This document shows positions 39,197-47,775 of a stretch of DNA of 64,000 bases, piece after piece. A program made the translations under genes and the position numbers. Below the pieces are notes generated by a model. The model was not told the DNA's origin. It ran no database searches and saw only the letters and a program-made list of their open reading frames with translations. How positions within the stretch are numbered: position 1 is the first letter of the stretch; each line of letters opens with the position of its first letter. Origin of the DNA: an uncultured Flavobacteriales bacterium (lineage in GTDB: Bacteria; Pseudomonadota; Alphaproteobacteria; UBA8366; CAVOAK01); assembly GCA_964419045.1 (NCBI GenBank), contig CAYQNO010000019.1:413918-477917 (forward strand), read 5' to 3'.

Positions 39197-39874
39197 TCAG
39201 CTGAGCGCGGCTAATGAATTAAGTCCTATAGGCCTCCCGTCGAATTCAGCCATTGCGTCCAGGAGTGACGTCCAGAAATAGTCGGCTGTAGTACTATCGG
39301 CTATCAGATGATAGGCAAAGTGTGGGCCTCTGTCGTCACGGATAGCGACAGTTCCGAGGCGAGCGATAGATGTTTGTGCAATAGAATGGTTGGGAAATTT
39401 ATGAGGACGTATATCAACTCCGCAAACCTTGAGCAGACAGTCTGGTGCGTGTACACCTGTCAAAAGGAACCAAAAATAAGTTTCAGCGCGTGGCACGACG
39501 TAACAACCTTGGCTTGTCTGCATGGTTTCGAGCCTGGAGATAGTGGCTCCTTCATCGCCAATATTACTTAAAATGAGTACTTCAGTATCGGCGAGTCTAG
39601 CCACTAGGCTGCCATCTGGTAATGGGGTTGCCATATTATTAAGTGATGGCACGTCGATGTTCTGTCCTTCCACCCAGGTAAGCGCTTTCGGGCCTTTGAA
39701 GCCAATGCGAGGCAATGGCGATAAGTCCGCTATCCCAAGGTTGGTCGCATCTCCCTCCTCAAGAAACTGATTTGCGACGGCTGCCTCTGCAACATCGATG
39801 AATTCAGCTCCTGCCGCCTGGAGTCGACGATAGATAAAGCTGCGCCGCTGGAAGTTTTCTGGATTTATCATCAC
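39197..39874 (-). CDS. soxG: Heterotetrameric sarcosine oxidase, gamma subunit
   Basis: 225 aa. Last gene of the soxB-D-A-G order and overlaps the soxA stop. The call rests mainly on operon context. Confidence 0.8.
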   Translation of the reverse strand: MMINPENFQRRSFIYRRLQAAGAEFIDVAEAAVANQFLEEGDATNLGIADLSPLPRIGFKGPKALTWVEGQNIDVPSLNNMATPLPDGSLVARLADTEVLILSNIGDEGATISRLETMQTSQGCYVVPRAETYFWFLLTGVHAPDCLLKVCGVDIRPHKFPNHSIAQTSIARLGTVAIRDDRGPHFAYHLIADSTTADYFWTSLLDAMAEFDGRPIGLNSLAALS

Positions 39875-42753
39875 AGTTCCTGCCGCTTGTTCTCTGGATC
39901 ATAGAACGGTGTATTCGTGACTCGTGCTTTGATCATCTGGCCATCGCTAATTTTAATCGAAAAAATTTGGCCAGGTTCTGATTGGTCCGGTGCTACAAAC
40001 GCGAGTCCGATCGGCATATCAAGAGTTGGAGAATGAACAATTGAGGTCACGCGTCCAGTGATATTGCCTTCGCGAATAACAAGATGACTTTCTTCCGGTA
40101 GTGGCCCTCCAGGGTTAGCTAGTGTAAAACCCACTAGTTTGCGGGTCAGGCCTCGTTTCATTTGTGCTGTAATCGCACGGCTACCAAAATAGAATGGTTT
40201 GCGACGGGAGAGTGCCCACTCCATACCTGCTTCGTGCGGGTGGGTAAGTCCGTCTGTGTCTTGGGAAATTATTATATGGCCCTTCTCAAGGCGCAGTATT
40301 CGTTGAGCTTCAACACCATACGGTTTAATATTGAATTCCGTGCCGGCTTCCATGAGGGCGTCCCAAAGGGCCTCACCCTTGCTAGCTGGGGCGTGTATTT
40401 CGTAACCAAGTTCACCAACAAATCCGACTCGGAGAAGCCGCGAGCGGATGCCTGCGACATTGGCTATGCGAACTCCCATATAAGGAAATGCATCCGCTGA
40501 AAGATCCAGGTCTTGGCAAATTTTTTCTAATGCGTCGCGCGAACGTGGGCCGGCGATATTGACGGCGGCCAGCCCGCCAGTCATGTTCGTAATGTCGACA
40601 TTGAGGCGCCACTGCGCATTCCAAAACAGCATTGTGCGATAAACTGCGTCAGAACCTCCGGTCGTGGCAGTTACGTAAAAATCTTCTTCTGAGAATCGGC
40701 AAGCGACACCATCGTCGCTAATCGCGCCCGATTGGTCGCACATTAATACATATCGAGCGCGACCCACTTTTTGATTCGTATAAGAAAGCGTGTATACGCG
40801 GTTTAGGAATTCTGCGGCGTCAGGACCGCGTACATCGAGTCCACCAAGCGTTGAGACATCCATAAGCCCGACATTTTCGCGCACGCACTGCACTTCTTCT
40901 TGAATCGCGATGTCACGGTCGGTACCGTAGTAACCAGGACGTTGCCAAGCACCTGCCAACATCATTTCCGCGCCCGCTTCGGTGTGGCGATTATGCATTG
41001 CAGTTAGTCGCAGAGGTTCGAATCCACGACCACATAAATGGCCAAATTTTTCCGGTGTAAGGGGCGGGCGATTGGTTGTGCCTTGTACTCCATCGAGTGG
41101 TTTATCAGCAAAACGTTGTACCAGTTTCAAAGCGTTGAGTGCTGACACTCGGCCTTGGCTTGGTCCCATTACAACCGTTGAGAAGCGCTTAACCAGCTCG
41201 ATATCATCGAATCCCTCAGCGACTGCGTTACGCATGTCTGCAACTGTCAAGTCTTCGTCAAAATCAACGAAATCTTTACCTTTGTCGTGAGGAAAAATTG
41301 ACCATGGGACGGGTGGGTGATCATCGGCTGCTCGCGGTACCATAACAGGTTTAACATCCTGACCAGATGCGGCTGCACCAGCCCGGCGGCCCTCTTCAAT
41401 GGCCAAATCGACCCCCCGGGTGCCGTTTACTGCGCCCACGACCTGCATTTTTTGGGGGATGGATTGTACTGCGAATGTGCCAAATTCCTCTCGGTAAACG
41501 ATTTTGCCCGTGGCATGAGCCACAAGCGACGCCGCGGGGATCCACCCTGTCGATACGCAAAGTAGGTCGCAATCCAGGGTTTGTTGCGCATCAGAAAGTT
41601 GCCCTTCATCGATAACGGGCGCTACAATGACTTGTGCGATATGTGCACTACTTTTGTCTACAATCGCTTCGCGTAGTCCGTAACCTTTAAGGATTTTTAT
41701 ACCATAATCTGATACCGCGTGGTGTCGTGGATCTTCGGTTGGTGTGTCAGATAGATCGATTACTGCCACAACTTCTACACCTACTTCGATCAGATCGAGT
41801 GCAACGCCGTACCCAGTGCCATTGTAGCAGGCAACAACTGCGCGTTTACCCGGCTTGACGCCGTAAAGCCTGATCAAACGTTGGACTGCTGAGCCAAGCA
41901 TGATCCCAGGCAAATCGTTGTTTCGGAACACTGCCGGTTGTTCTATTGCGCCGGTCGCTACAATGACCTGTGCCGCTCGCAGTTTAACCATTCGGTTACC
42001 TTTGATAACCGGCAGATAGTTATCACTGAACCAACCGGTACAGGTTGCGCCTGTCATAATGGTAATGTTTTCTTGGTTCTTTAATTGGCATATCAAATCT
42101 TGGATTAGTACGAGGCCACTTTTATCTTCAACATCCGTGCGCGTGAATCTCAGGGAACCACCTAGGGTTTGCTCTCGTTCGATCAGGATGACCTCGACAC
42201 CCGATTTTGCGGCCTCTAGTGCTGTGGCCATGCCTGCCACACCACCCCCAATTACAGCAACGTCGGCAAATGCATATGCTTTGTCATAATATCTATGGTT
42301 GGCTTCCAAATCGACACGCCCGAGCCCTGCCTTACGACGTATAAATTTTTCCCATAGATTCCAAATTCCCTTAGGTTTGAAAAACGCGCGGTAGTAAAAG
42401 CCAACTGGCAAAAATTTAGAAAACTTTTCAATCCATCGATCCCAATCCGTAGTTAGGCTTCCGGAGTAATGTTGGCCCATGGCAATAAGCCCATCATGGA
42501 TAGGTAGAATATCAGCGAGCACGTTGGGCTCTTGGCCAACCTGGATCATGGTATTGCCATCATCACCAGACATGGTGAGGACTCCACGCGGTCGGTGGTA
42601 TTTGAAAGATCGTGAAATCAACCAGACGTCGTTAGCCGCTAGCGCACTTGCTACTGTGTCGCCAGAAAATCCTTGGTAGGACTTGCCTTCGAAACTGAAG
42701 GTGACGGGCCTATTTCTGTCTATTGACGTTCCGTAAGGTGCAGCTAGCCTCAT
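39871..42753 (-). CDS. soxA: Heterotetrameric sarcosine oxidase, alpha subunit
   Basis: 960 aa. N-terminal FSFEGKSYQGFSGDTVASALAANDV...FKYHRPRG, dinucleotide fold VAVIGGGVAGMATA, C-terminal GcvT-like folate-binding domain. Confidence 0.93.
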   Translation of the reverse strand: MRLAAPYGTSIDRNRPVTFSFEGKSYQGFSGDTVASALAANDVWLISRSFKYHRPRGVLTMSGDDGNTMIQVGQEPNVLADILPIHDGLIAMGQHYSGSLTTDWDRWIEKFSKFLPVGFYYRAFFKPKGIWNLWEKFIRRKAGLGRVDLEANHRYYDKAYAFADVAVIGGGVAGMATALEAAKSGVEVILIEREQTLGGSLRFTRTDVEDKSGLVLIQDLICQLKNQENITIMTGATCTGWFSDNYLPVIKGNRMVKLRAAQVIVATGAIEQPAVFRNNDLPGIMLGSAVQRLIRLYGVKPGKRAVVACYNGTGYGVALDLIEVGVEVVAVIDLSDTPTEDPRHHAVSDYGIKILKGYGLREAIVDKSSAHIAQVIVAPVIDEGQLSDAQQTLDCDLLCVSTGWIPAASLVAHATGKIVYREEFGTFAVQSIPQKMQVVGAVNGTRGVDLAIEEGRRAGAAASGQDVKPVMVPRAADDHPPVPWSIFPHDKGKDFVDFDEDLTVADMRNAVAEGFDDIELVKRFSTVVMGPSQGRVSALNALKLVQRFADKPLDGVQGTTNRPPLTPEKFGHLCGRGFEPLRLTAMHNRHTEAGAEMMLAGAWQRPGYYGTDRDIAIQEEVQCVRENVGLMDVSTLGGLDVRGPDAAEFLNRVYTLSYTNQKVGRARYVLMCDQSGAISDDGVACRFSEEDFYVTATTGGSDAVYRTMLFWNAQWRLNVDITNMTGGLAAVNIAGPRSRDALEKICQDLDLSADAFPYMGVRIANVAGIRSRLLRVGFVGELGYEIHAPASKGEALWDALMEAGTEFNIKPYGVEAQRILRLEKGHIIISQDTDGLTHPHEAGMEWALSRRKPFYFGSRAITAQMKRGLTRKLVGFTLANPGGPLPEESHLVIREGNITGRVTSIVHSPTLDMPIGLAFVAPDQSEPGQIFSIKISDGQMIKARVTNTPFYDPENKRQEL

Positions 42754-42758
42754 GGCGA

Positions 42759-43076
42759 TTATTGAGCACCCCCTTCATTATTGTCTTTCTCAGGTAGTTG
42801 TTCGAACTCGAGGCGTTCGGTAAAAATTTGGTTAGACGGATAAGTAGAAACTATTTCATCGGTAGTGGTGTTCCGTTCAGCAATGAACCAGTATCCAGAA
42901 GTTGTGTGTAACCACCATTCGCGCACCACGCCAGCGGTATTATTTTCCATGAAAACATAGTCTGCCCAGTCTACATCTTGGGCGGACACAGCCATTGGCA
43001 TTTCAGTTACCTCGCCTCCACAGACAAATTCTGAAATATTACGAAAGCCATTGAGTGGACATCGCATAATTTTCAT
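42759..43076 (-). CDS. soxD: Heterotetrameric sarcosine oxidase, delta subunit
   Basis: 105 aa. MKIMRCPLNGFRNISEFVCGGE is the SoxD N-terminus. Lies between soxB and soxA. Confidence 0.9.
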   Translation of the reverse strand: MKIMRCPLNGFRNISEFVCGGEVTEMPMAVSAQDVDWADYVFMENNTAGVVREWWLHTTSGYWFIAERNTTTDEIVSTYPSNQIFTERLEFEQLPEKDNNEGGAQ

Positions 43077-43088
43077 ATTTAACGTTCC

Positions 43089-44330
43089 TTAATGCCCAAC
43101 TGAGGCAGCACCGCGCTCACCTACCTGCAGGAATGAATTGAACCGCTCTAGTGCAAATGGTTCAAGTATAGTCGGCTGTCTGTCCGTCGCGACACATTCA
43201 GCCATTCGCAGGCCTGCGACAGGTGTTGCTTTGAAACCCCAAGTACCCCAACCTGAGTCAATATAGTAATTCTCCACTGGGGTACGTCCCATAATGGGTG
43301 AAAAATCGGGCGTCATATCTGCCATGCCCGCCCATTGTCTTAGTAACTTGACCTCGCCTAAAAAAGGGAACAGTTCTAAAACGTGCATCATCAGACCCTC
43401 TTTAAACTCAAGCGAGGATCGTGTTGAGTAGAGCTGATAGGGGTCGGTTGATCCACCCATGACAATCTCTCCTCGCGCGGTTTGCCATATGTATACGTGC
43501 AAACTGCCGGAGACAATTATGGGGTCGAGGAATGGTTTAAGCGGTACAGATACGCAGGCCTGAAGGGGGATTGTCCGGATAGGTAACTTGATTCCAGCCA
43601 TATCGGCGACCAACGATGAGGATCCGGCCACTGCTTGTAGCACTTTGCCGCAACTGATATCTCCCTTCGTTGTTTTGACACCAGTTACTCGACCGGCTTC
43701 AATATTCAGTCCAGTAACTTCGGTATTTTGATGAATCTCTACACCACGTTCTGTTGCCCCACGTGCGTACCCCCAAGCAACCGCGTCATGCCGGGCGGTC
43801 GCTCCTGGAGGATGGTAAAGTGCACCAAGAATTGGGTAGCGAACTTCTTGGGACATATTTAGCTGCGGACATAGTTTTGCAACTTCATCTGCATACGCGA
43901 GTTCAGAATTTACACCCATATGCTTGTTTACTTCTGCACGCCAGCGCATGGTTCTTAATGCGCCGTCGGTATGGGCAAGCGTCATATGACCACGTCGGGA
44001 GTACAGTAGATTGAGGTTAAACTCGCCCGAGAGATTTTCCCATAGTAACATAGACTCTTTATAAAAATCGACGCCCTCGGGTGTGAGATAGTTCGCGCGG
44101 ACGATTGCTGTGTTGCGCGCTGTGTTACCGCCGGCGAGGTAGCCTTTGTCAAGCACCGCAATATTAGTAATGTTGTGTTGGCGGGCTAGGTAATAAGCGG
44201 CGGCAAGGCCGTGCCCACCGGCACCAATAATGACAACGTCATATGTGGTTTTTAGGTCACATTCCGGAGGTAACAGCCGGTCGGCCGGGTAGGTTTTGGA
44301 AAGGCCGTATTTAATAAGTCCGAAGGGCAT
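43089..44330 (-). CDS. soxB: Heterotetrameric sarcosine oxidase, beta subunit
   Basis: YDVVIIGAGGHGLAAAYYLA FAD fold, GGNTARNTAIVRANY. I prefer the start at MPFGLIKYGL (44330) over the track's 44402. Confidence 0.93.
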   Translation of the reverse strand: MPFGLIKYGLSKTYPADRLLPPECDLKTTYDVVIIGAGGHGLAAAYYLARQHNITNIAVLDKGYLAGGNTARNTAIVRANYLTPEGVDFYKESMLLWENLSGEFNLNLLYSRRGHMTLAHTDGALRTMRWRAEVNKHMGVNSELAYADEVAKLCPQLNMSQEVRYPILGALYHPPGATARHDAVAWGYARGATERGVEIHQNTEVTGLNIEAGRVTGVKTTKGDISCGKVLQAVAGSSSLVADMAGIKLPIRTIPLQACVSVPLKPFLDPIIVSGSLHVYIWQTARGEIVMGGSTDPYQLYSTRSSLEFKEGLMMHVLELFPFLGEVKLLRQWAGMADMTPDFSPIMGRTPVENYYIDSGWGTWGFKATPVAGLRMAECVATDRQPTILEPFALERFNSFLQVGERGAASVGH

Positions 44331-44557
44331 TCGGGTGATCCGCGTCGCAGAGGTCTCAGCGAAATTGCAGATGACCCTATCGCGCACGATGATGTGGCGC
44401 AATACTGTTTGAATAACAAATGTGCATTAACTTGAAGGAAAATACCTATTAAGTAGTGTTTGTTTGCGTAAGGACGACCCTCTTATCAAGAATTACACTT
44501 AAACTAAGGTAAAATCGATTACTAAGTTTTCCTTCGCTTGTGATTACAAATTACGCA

Positions 44558-45625
44558 TCATCGCAAGAGGTGTGTCGTCCATATCGTAGCTGTGAAAAGT
44601 GCTACGGCACCGGACTGGTGTGCAATGGCAAGCGGCAATGGAACGACGAGTAAGAGCGTCGAGATGCCTAAGAGGACTTGTACACCAAGAGTTCCCAGAA
44701 GCACATTACTTGTTAATATCCAATTGGACTGTTTTGGCTTTCGTCGCATGCAAAAACATAAGGTAATTACACAACCGGATGTTAAATATGCGAGAATACG
44801 ATGGTCAAATTGTACAGTGGTTGGATTATCGAAAATATTTAACCAAAATGGAGTTTTAGCAAAGAGTGATTCTGGAGTGATTCTGCCCTCCATTAACGGC
44901 CAAGTGTTATAAATTAACCCGGCGTCGACTCCCGCAGTTAAACCGCCTGAAACTATTGTTATACTGACGACGCAGAGGGTAAATATCGAGAGCTTACGCA
45001 TGTTCAAGTTTGCACTTACGCGTCCTGGCCGCTCAATCAGAATTAGGGCGAGCCATAACATATAACCAAATATTACAAATGCCATACCCAGATGGATAAC
45101 AAGTCGATACTGGCTAACGTCTGTTCGGTCAGCGAATCCGCTAAGAACCATCCACCAACCAATTATGCCTTGCAATCCACCTAGAATGAAGAGTGTAAAA
45201 AGGTGGGGCAGTTGCTCTCTCATAATTTTCTTCTGCAAATGTAGCCAAAAAAAACCGACAACGAACAAGACAGCAATTAACCTTCCCCACATACGATGTA
45301 GGTATTCCCACCAGAAGATAGATTTGAATTCGGTCAAGGTAATGTGCGGATTTTCAAGACGGAATTCCGATGTTTCTCGGTAGAGGCTAAATATTCTCTC
45401 CCACTCGACGATCGAAAGAGGTGGTAATATACCTATTAATGGTCGCCACTCGATCATCGACAAACCAGATTCGGTCAATCGGGTAATTCCACCAATCACG
45501 ATCATGACATATACCGCGCCACAGCATAAAAACAGCCAAATGGCGACGTGTCGCTGATTGCATGAACACATTCCGTTTACTGATTCGGCTTCGGGCGAAT
45601 TCTTCAATTTCATTAATTCATCCAT
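44558..45625 (-). CDS. ctaA: Heme A synthase, COX15/CtaA family
   Basis: 355 aa with 8 TM helices. GGITRLTESGLSMIEWRP, EFKSIFWWEYLHRMWGR, QFDHRILAY, LAIAHQSGA His-containing motifs. Confidence 0.92.
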   Translation of the reverse strand: MDELMKLKNSPEAESVNGMCSCNQRHVAIWLFLCCGAVYVMIVIGGITRLTESGLSMIEWRPLIGILPPLSIVEWERIFSLYRETSEFRLENPHITLTEFKSIFWWEYLHRMWGRLIAVLFVVGFFWLHLQKKIMREQLPHLFTLFILGGLQGIIGWWMVLSGFADRTDVSQYRLVIHLGMAFVIFGYMLWLALILIERPGRVSANLNMRKLSIFTLCVVSITIVSGGLTAGVDAGLIYNTWPLMEGRITPESLFAKTPFWLNIFDNPTTVQFDHRILAYLTSGCVITLCFCMRRKPKQSNWILTSNVLLGTLGVQVLLGISTLLLVVPLPLAIAHQSGAVALFTATIWTTHLLR

Positions 45626-45791
45626 CGCAAAAAGCCATCGTAATCTGGATAGCTAGTCTAAAAGGCGACTGCTAACTGTGATCATTGTACTGTGCAGAAA
45701 TACTCTTTATCCAAAGAATCACCATATTGACATGCGATAGTACATATATTTTGTGCTTGTGATCTTAATTTTAAAATCAGTTGGGAATAGT

Positions 45792-47105
45792 TTATTTCAA
45801 GACACTAAGCATATCTTCAATGGTAACAAATTTTTTTCGCGGAGCGCCCAAAGGTGCGTTGGCTATTTCCTCTTTATCAATTTTTTGCCAGTCTTTATAA
45901 CTTACCCAGCGTACTCCATGCTCGCGCAATATAAGCTCGAATGCCTCACGTCCCTGTTTGCGACTCTTGCTAAAGTCCTTGCATATATGTTGGGCAATTT
46001 CGTCGCCGTCATGTTTGTTAGTTCCTATGACTCCTGTGGGGCCACGCTTGAGCCAGCCAACCACGTATAAACCGTCGTCGACTCGGCCGTCCGTATTGGC
46101 AAGTGTACCTGCAATCGGATCTAGACGAACACCTGAAATTGGTTCAGCCGTGTAGCCAATCGCGTAGACTACAAGGCCACAAGCAACTTCAAAGAATTCT
46201 CCTGAACCTATGGCTTTTCCGCTTATGACTTCCGTTTTTTCGAGCTTGAGTCCTTCAGCTTTTTCATCACCTAATATCTCAACTGGGTTTGAGTAAAATC
46301 TAAAATGCACACGTTTCGTCTTTGATGAAGGATCAAAGGCAGAGAATTCACGAAAACTCGAGAGGTTCTTCTCCTTGAGTCTTTCATCACGTTTAGACAA
46401 ACCTTCGGATATGTGGTCAGGTAACTGTGTTGGGTCTACCACGGGAACACAGCTTTCAAGGTGGCCCATCTCACGGAGTTCTACATTTGTGAACTTACAT
46501 TCGACCGGTCCGCGGCGGCCAAAGACGTATACATCACTTATAGGAGAGGAGTGGATTTTTTCAGCCGCATAATTCGGTAGATCTGATTCCACCATTTCAG
46601 CTTCAGTTTTAACTAGCACTCTCGCAAAATCTAACGCGACATTACCGTTTCCTATAACCGCCACTGCGGGAGTATCTAAGTCGGGGTCGAGGTCACAGAA
46701 GTTGGGAAGTCCGTTATACCATCCAACAAAGGCGGATGAGCCGATGACGTTCTTTTTATCCGCGCCCAAAATTTCAAGTGGTCGGTCTGCTGGCATGCCG
46801 GTTGCAAGGACAACGGCATCGTAGCATTTCCTCAGTTCTTGAATTGTCACGTCCTCTCCTACGATTATATTCCCGTAGTATCGGACTCGATCGGATAAAG
46901 CCGTTTGTTCGTATTTACGTGCGACGCGCTTGGTGCTTTGATGGTCTGGCGCTACTCCACCGCGTACCAGTCCGAATGGTGTAGGTAAGCGTTCTATCAT
47001 ATCAATTTGGCAATCTGTATCCGACCTAATCAACGCTTCCGCTGTGTAGAAGGCGCTCGGACCTGATCCAACAATGGCAACTTTAAGCGGCATTATGTAT
47101 CCCAC
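45792..47105 (-). CDS. Adrenodoxin-reductase-type NADPH:ferredoxin oxidoreductase (FprA/AdR family)
   Basis: 437 aa. VAIVGSGPSAFYTAE, ERLPTPFGLVRGGVAPDH, FVGWYNGLP, AVIGNGNVALDFARVL match the AdR/FprA pattern. Confidence 0.85.
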   Translation of the reverse strand: MGYIMPLKVAIVGSGPSAFYTAEALIRSDTDCQIDMIERLPTPFGLVRGGVAPDHQSTKRVARKYEQTALSDRVRYYGNIIVGEDVTIQELRKCYDAVVLATGMPADRPLEILGADKKNVIGSSAFVGWYNGLPNFCDLDPDLDTPAVAVIGNGNVALDFARVLVKTEAEMVESDLPNYAAEKIHSSPISDVYVFGRRGPVECKFTNVELREMGHLESCVPVVDPTQLPDHISEGLSKRDERLKEKNLSSFREFSAFDPSSKTKRVHFRFYSNPVEILGDEKAEGLKLEKTEVISGKAIGSGEFFEVACGLVVYAIGYTAEPISGVRLDPIAGTLANTDGRVDDGLYVVGWLKRGPTGVIGTNKHDGDEIAQHICKDFSKSRKQGREAFELILREHGVRWVSYKDWQKIDKEEIANAPLGAPRKKFVTIEDMLSVLK

Positions 47106-47298
47106 TTGAAAAATTTGAGGCGACGAAAAATAAAACTGGCTAGAATTTTACCGCGGCTAGCCACCGCCGTCTTCAACTTTTGAATTTCAACGTGGTTATA
47201 ACTCCTAGTTTAATGACAGCTGGGAGAACAGACATGAATATTACCGTGGTGTGACTTCTTAGCCTCTGAGTCCATTACTTGTCTTTTCTCACACCACC

Positions 47299-47326
47299 TT
47301 GACATAGTAGATTGAATCTATAAATA
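47299..47326 (+). promoter_or_regulatory. Candidate sigma70-like promoter of groES (TTGACA-N16-TAAATA)
   Basis: Read directly: TTGACA at 47299-47304 and TAAATA at 47321-47326, about 90 nt upstream of the groES ATG. Not experimentally anchored. Confidence 0.35.
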
Positions 47327-47332
47327 GAGCCT

Positions 47333-47355
47333 AACACTGGCCAAATAGCGGTGCT
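47333..47355 (+). promoter_or_regulatory. Degenerate CIRCE-like inverted repeat (AACACTG-N9-CGGTGCT)
   Basis: The arms pair with one mismatch and one G-T wobble across a 9-nt spacer. Only about 11 of 18 positions match the TTAGCACTC-N9-GAGTGCTAA consensus. The position in the groES 5' leader is appropriate. Confidence 0.25.
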
Positions 47356-47415
47356 GGTACTTAGTCTATACGATTAGGGAATTGGTTCCAAATTCACTTG
47401 ACAAGGAGTTGAGGC

Positions 47416-47703
47416 ATGAAATTTAGGCCGTTGCACGATCGTGTCCTAGTGATGCGAATTGAAGGTGAAGAAAAATCTGCCGGCGGTGTGATTATACCTG
47501 ATACCGCTCAGGAAAAGCCTATGGAAGGGAAGGTAATCTCGGTTGGGCCTGGGGCGCGGGATGAAGATGGCAAGCCTGTTGCTCTTGAAGTCAGGGTGGG
47601 CGATCGGGTGCTGTTTGGAAAATGGTCTGGGACAGAAGTCAAAGTCGATGGCGATGAGCTCTTGATCATGAAAGAGTCAGATATCATGGGAATTATCGAA
47701 TAA
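47416..47703 (+). CDS. groES: Co-chaperonin GroES
   Basis: 95 aa. [27 protein letters not shown] mobile loop, [24 protein letters not shown] upstream. Confidence 0.96.
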   Translation: MKFRPLHDRVLVMRIEGEEKSAGGVIIPDTAQEKPMEGKVISVGPGARDEDGKPVALEVRVGDRVLFGKWSGTEVKVDGDELLIMKESDIMGIIE

Positions 47704-47775
47704 TTAGGGTCTCTAATATTTGTGTTCTGTGGTTGGTCAGAAATGGTAGATGAGGGCATATAGTCTGTTGTCAGC

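Noticed and set aside
44331-44557. Glycine riboswitch or other structured leader upstream of soxB.
   Set aside because: The leader is AT-rich and lacks the GGAGAG...ACCGAAGGGGCAA-type glycine aptamer cores. The track's longer soxB start (44402) is also rejected, because SoxB homologues begin near MPFGL.
47148-47174. Hairpin TGGCTAG-N13-CTAGCCA in the fprA-like/groES divergent region.
   Set aside because: The 7-bp stem includes a self-palindromic GGCTAGCC, there is no T-tract, and it lies upstream of both genes. It is not interpretable as a terminator or a known operator.
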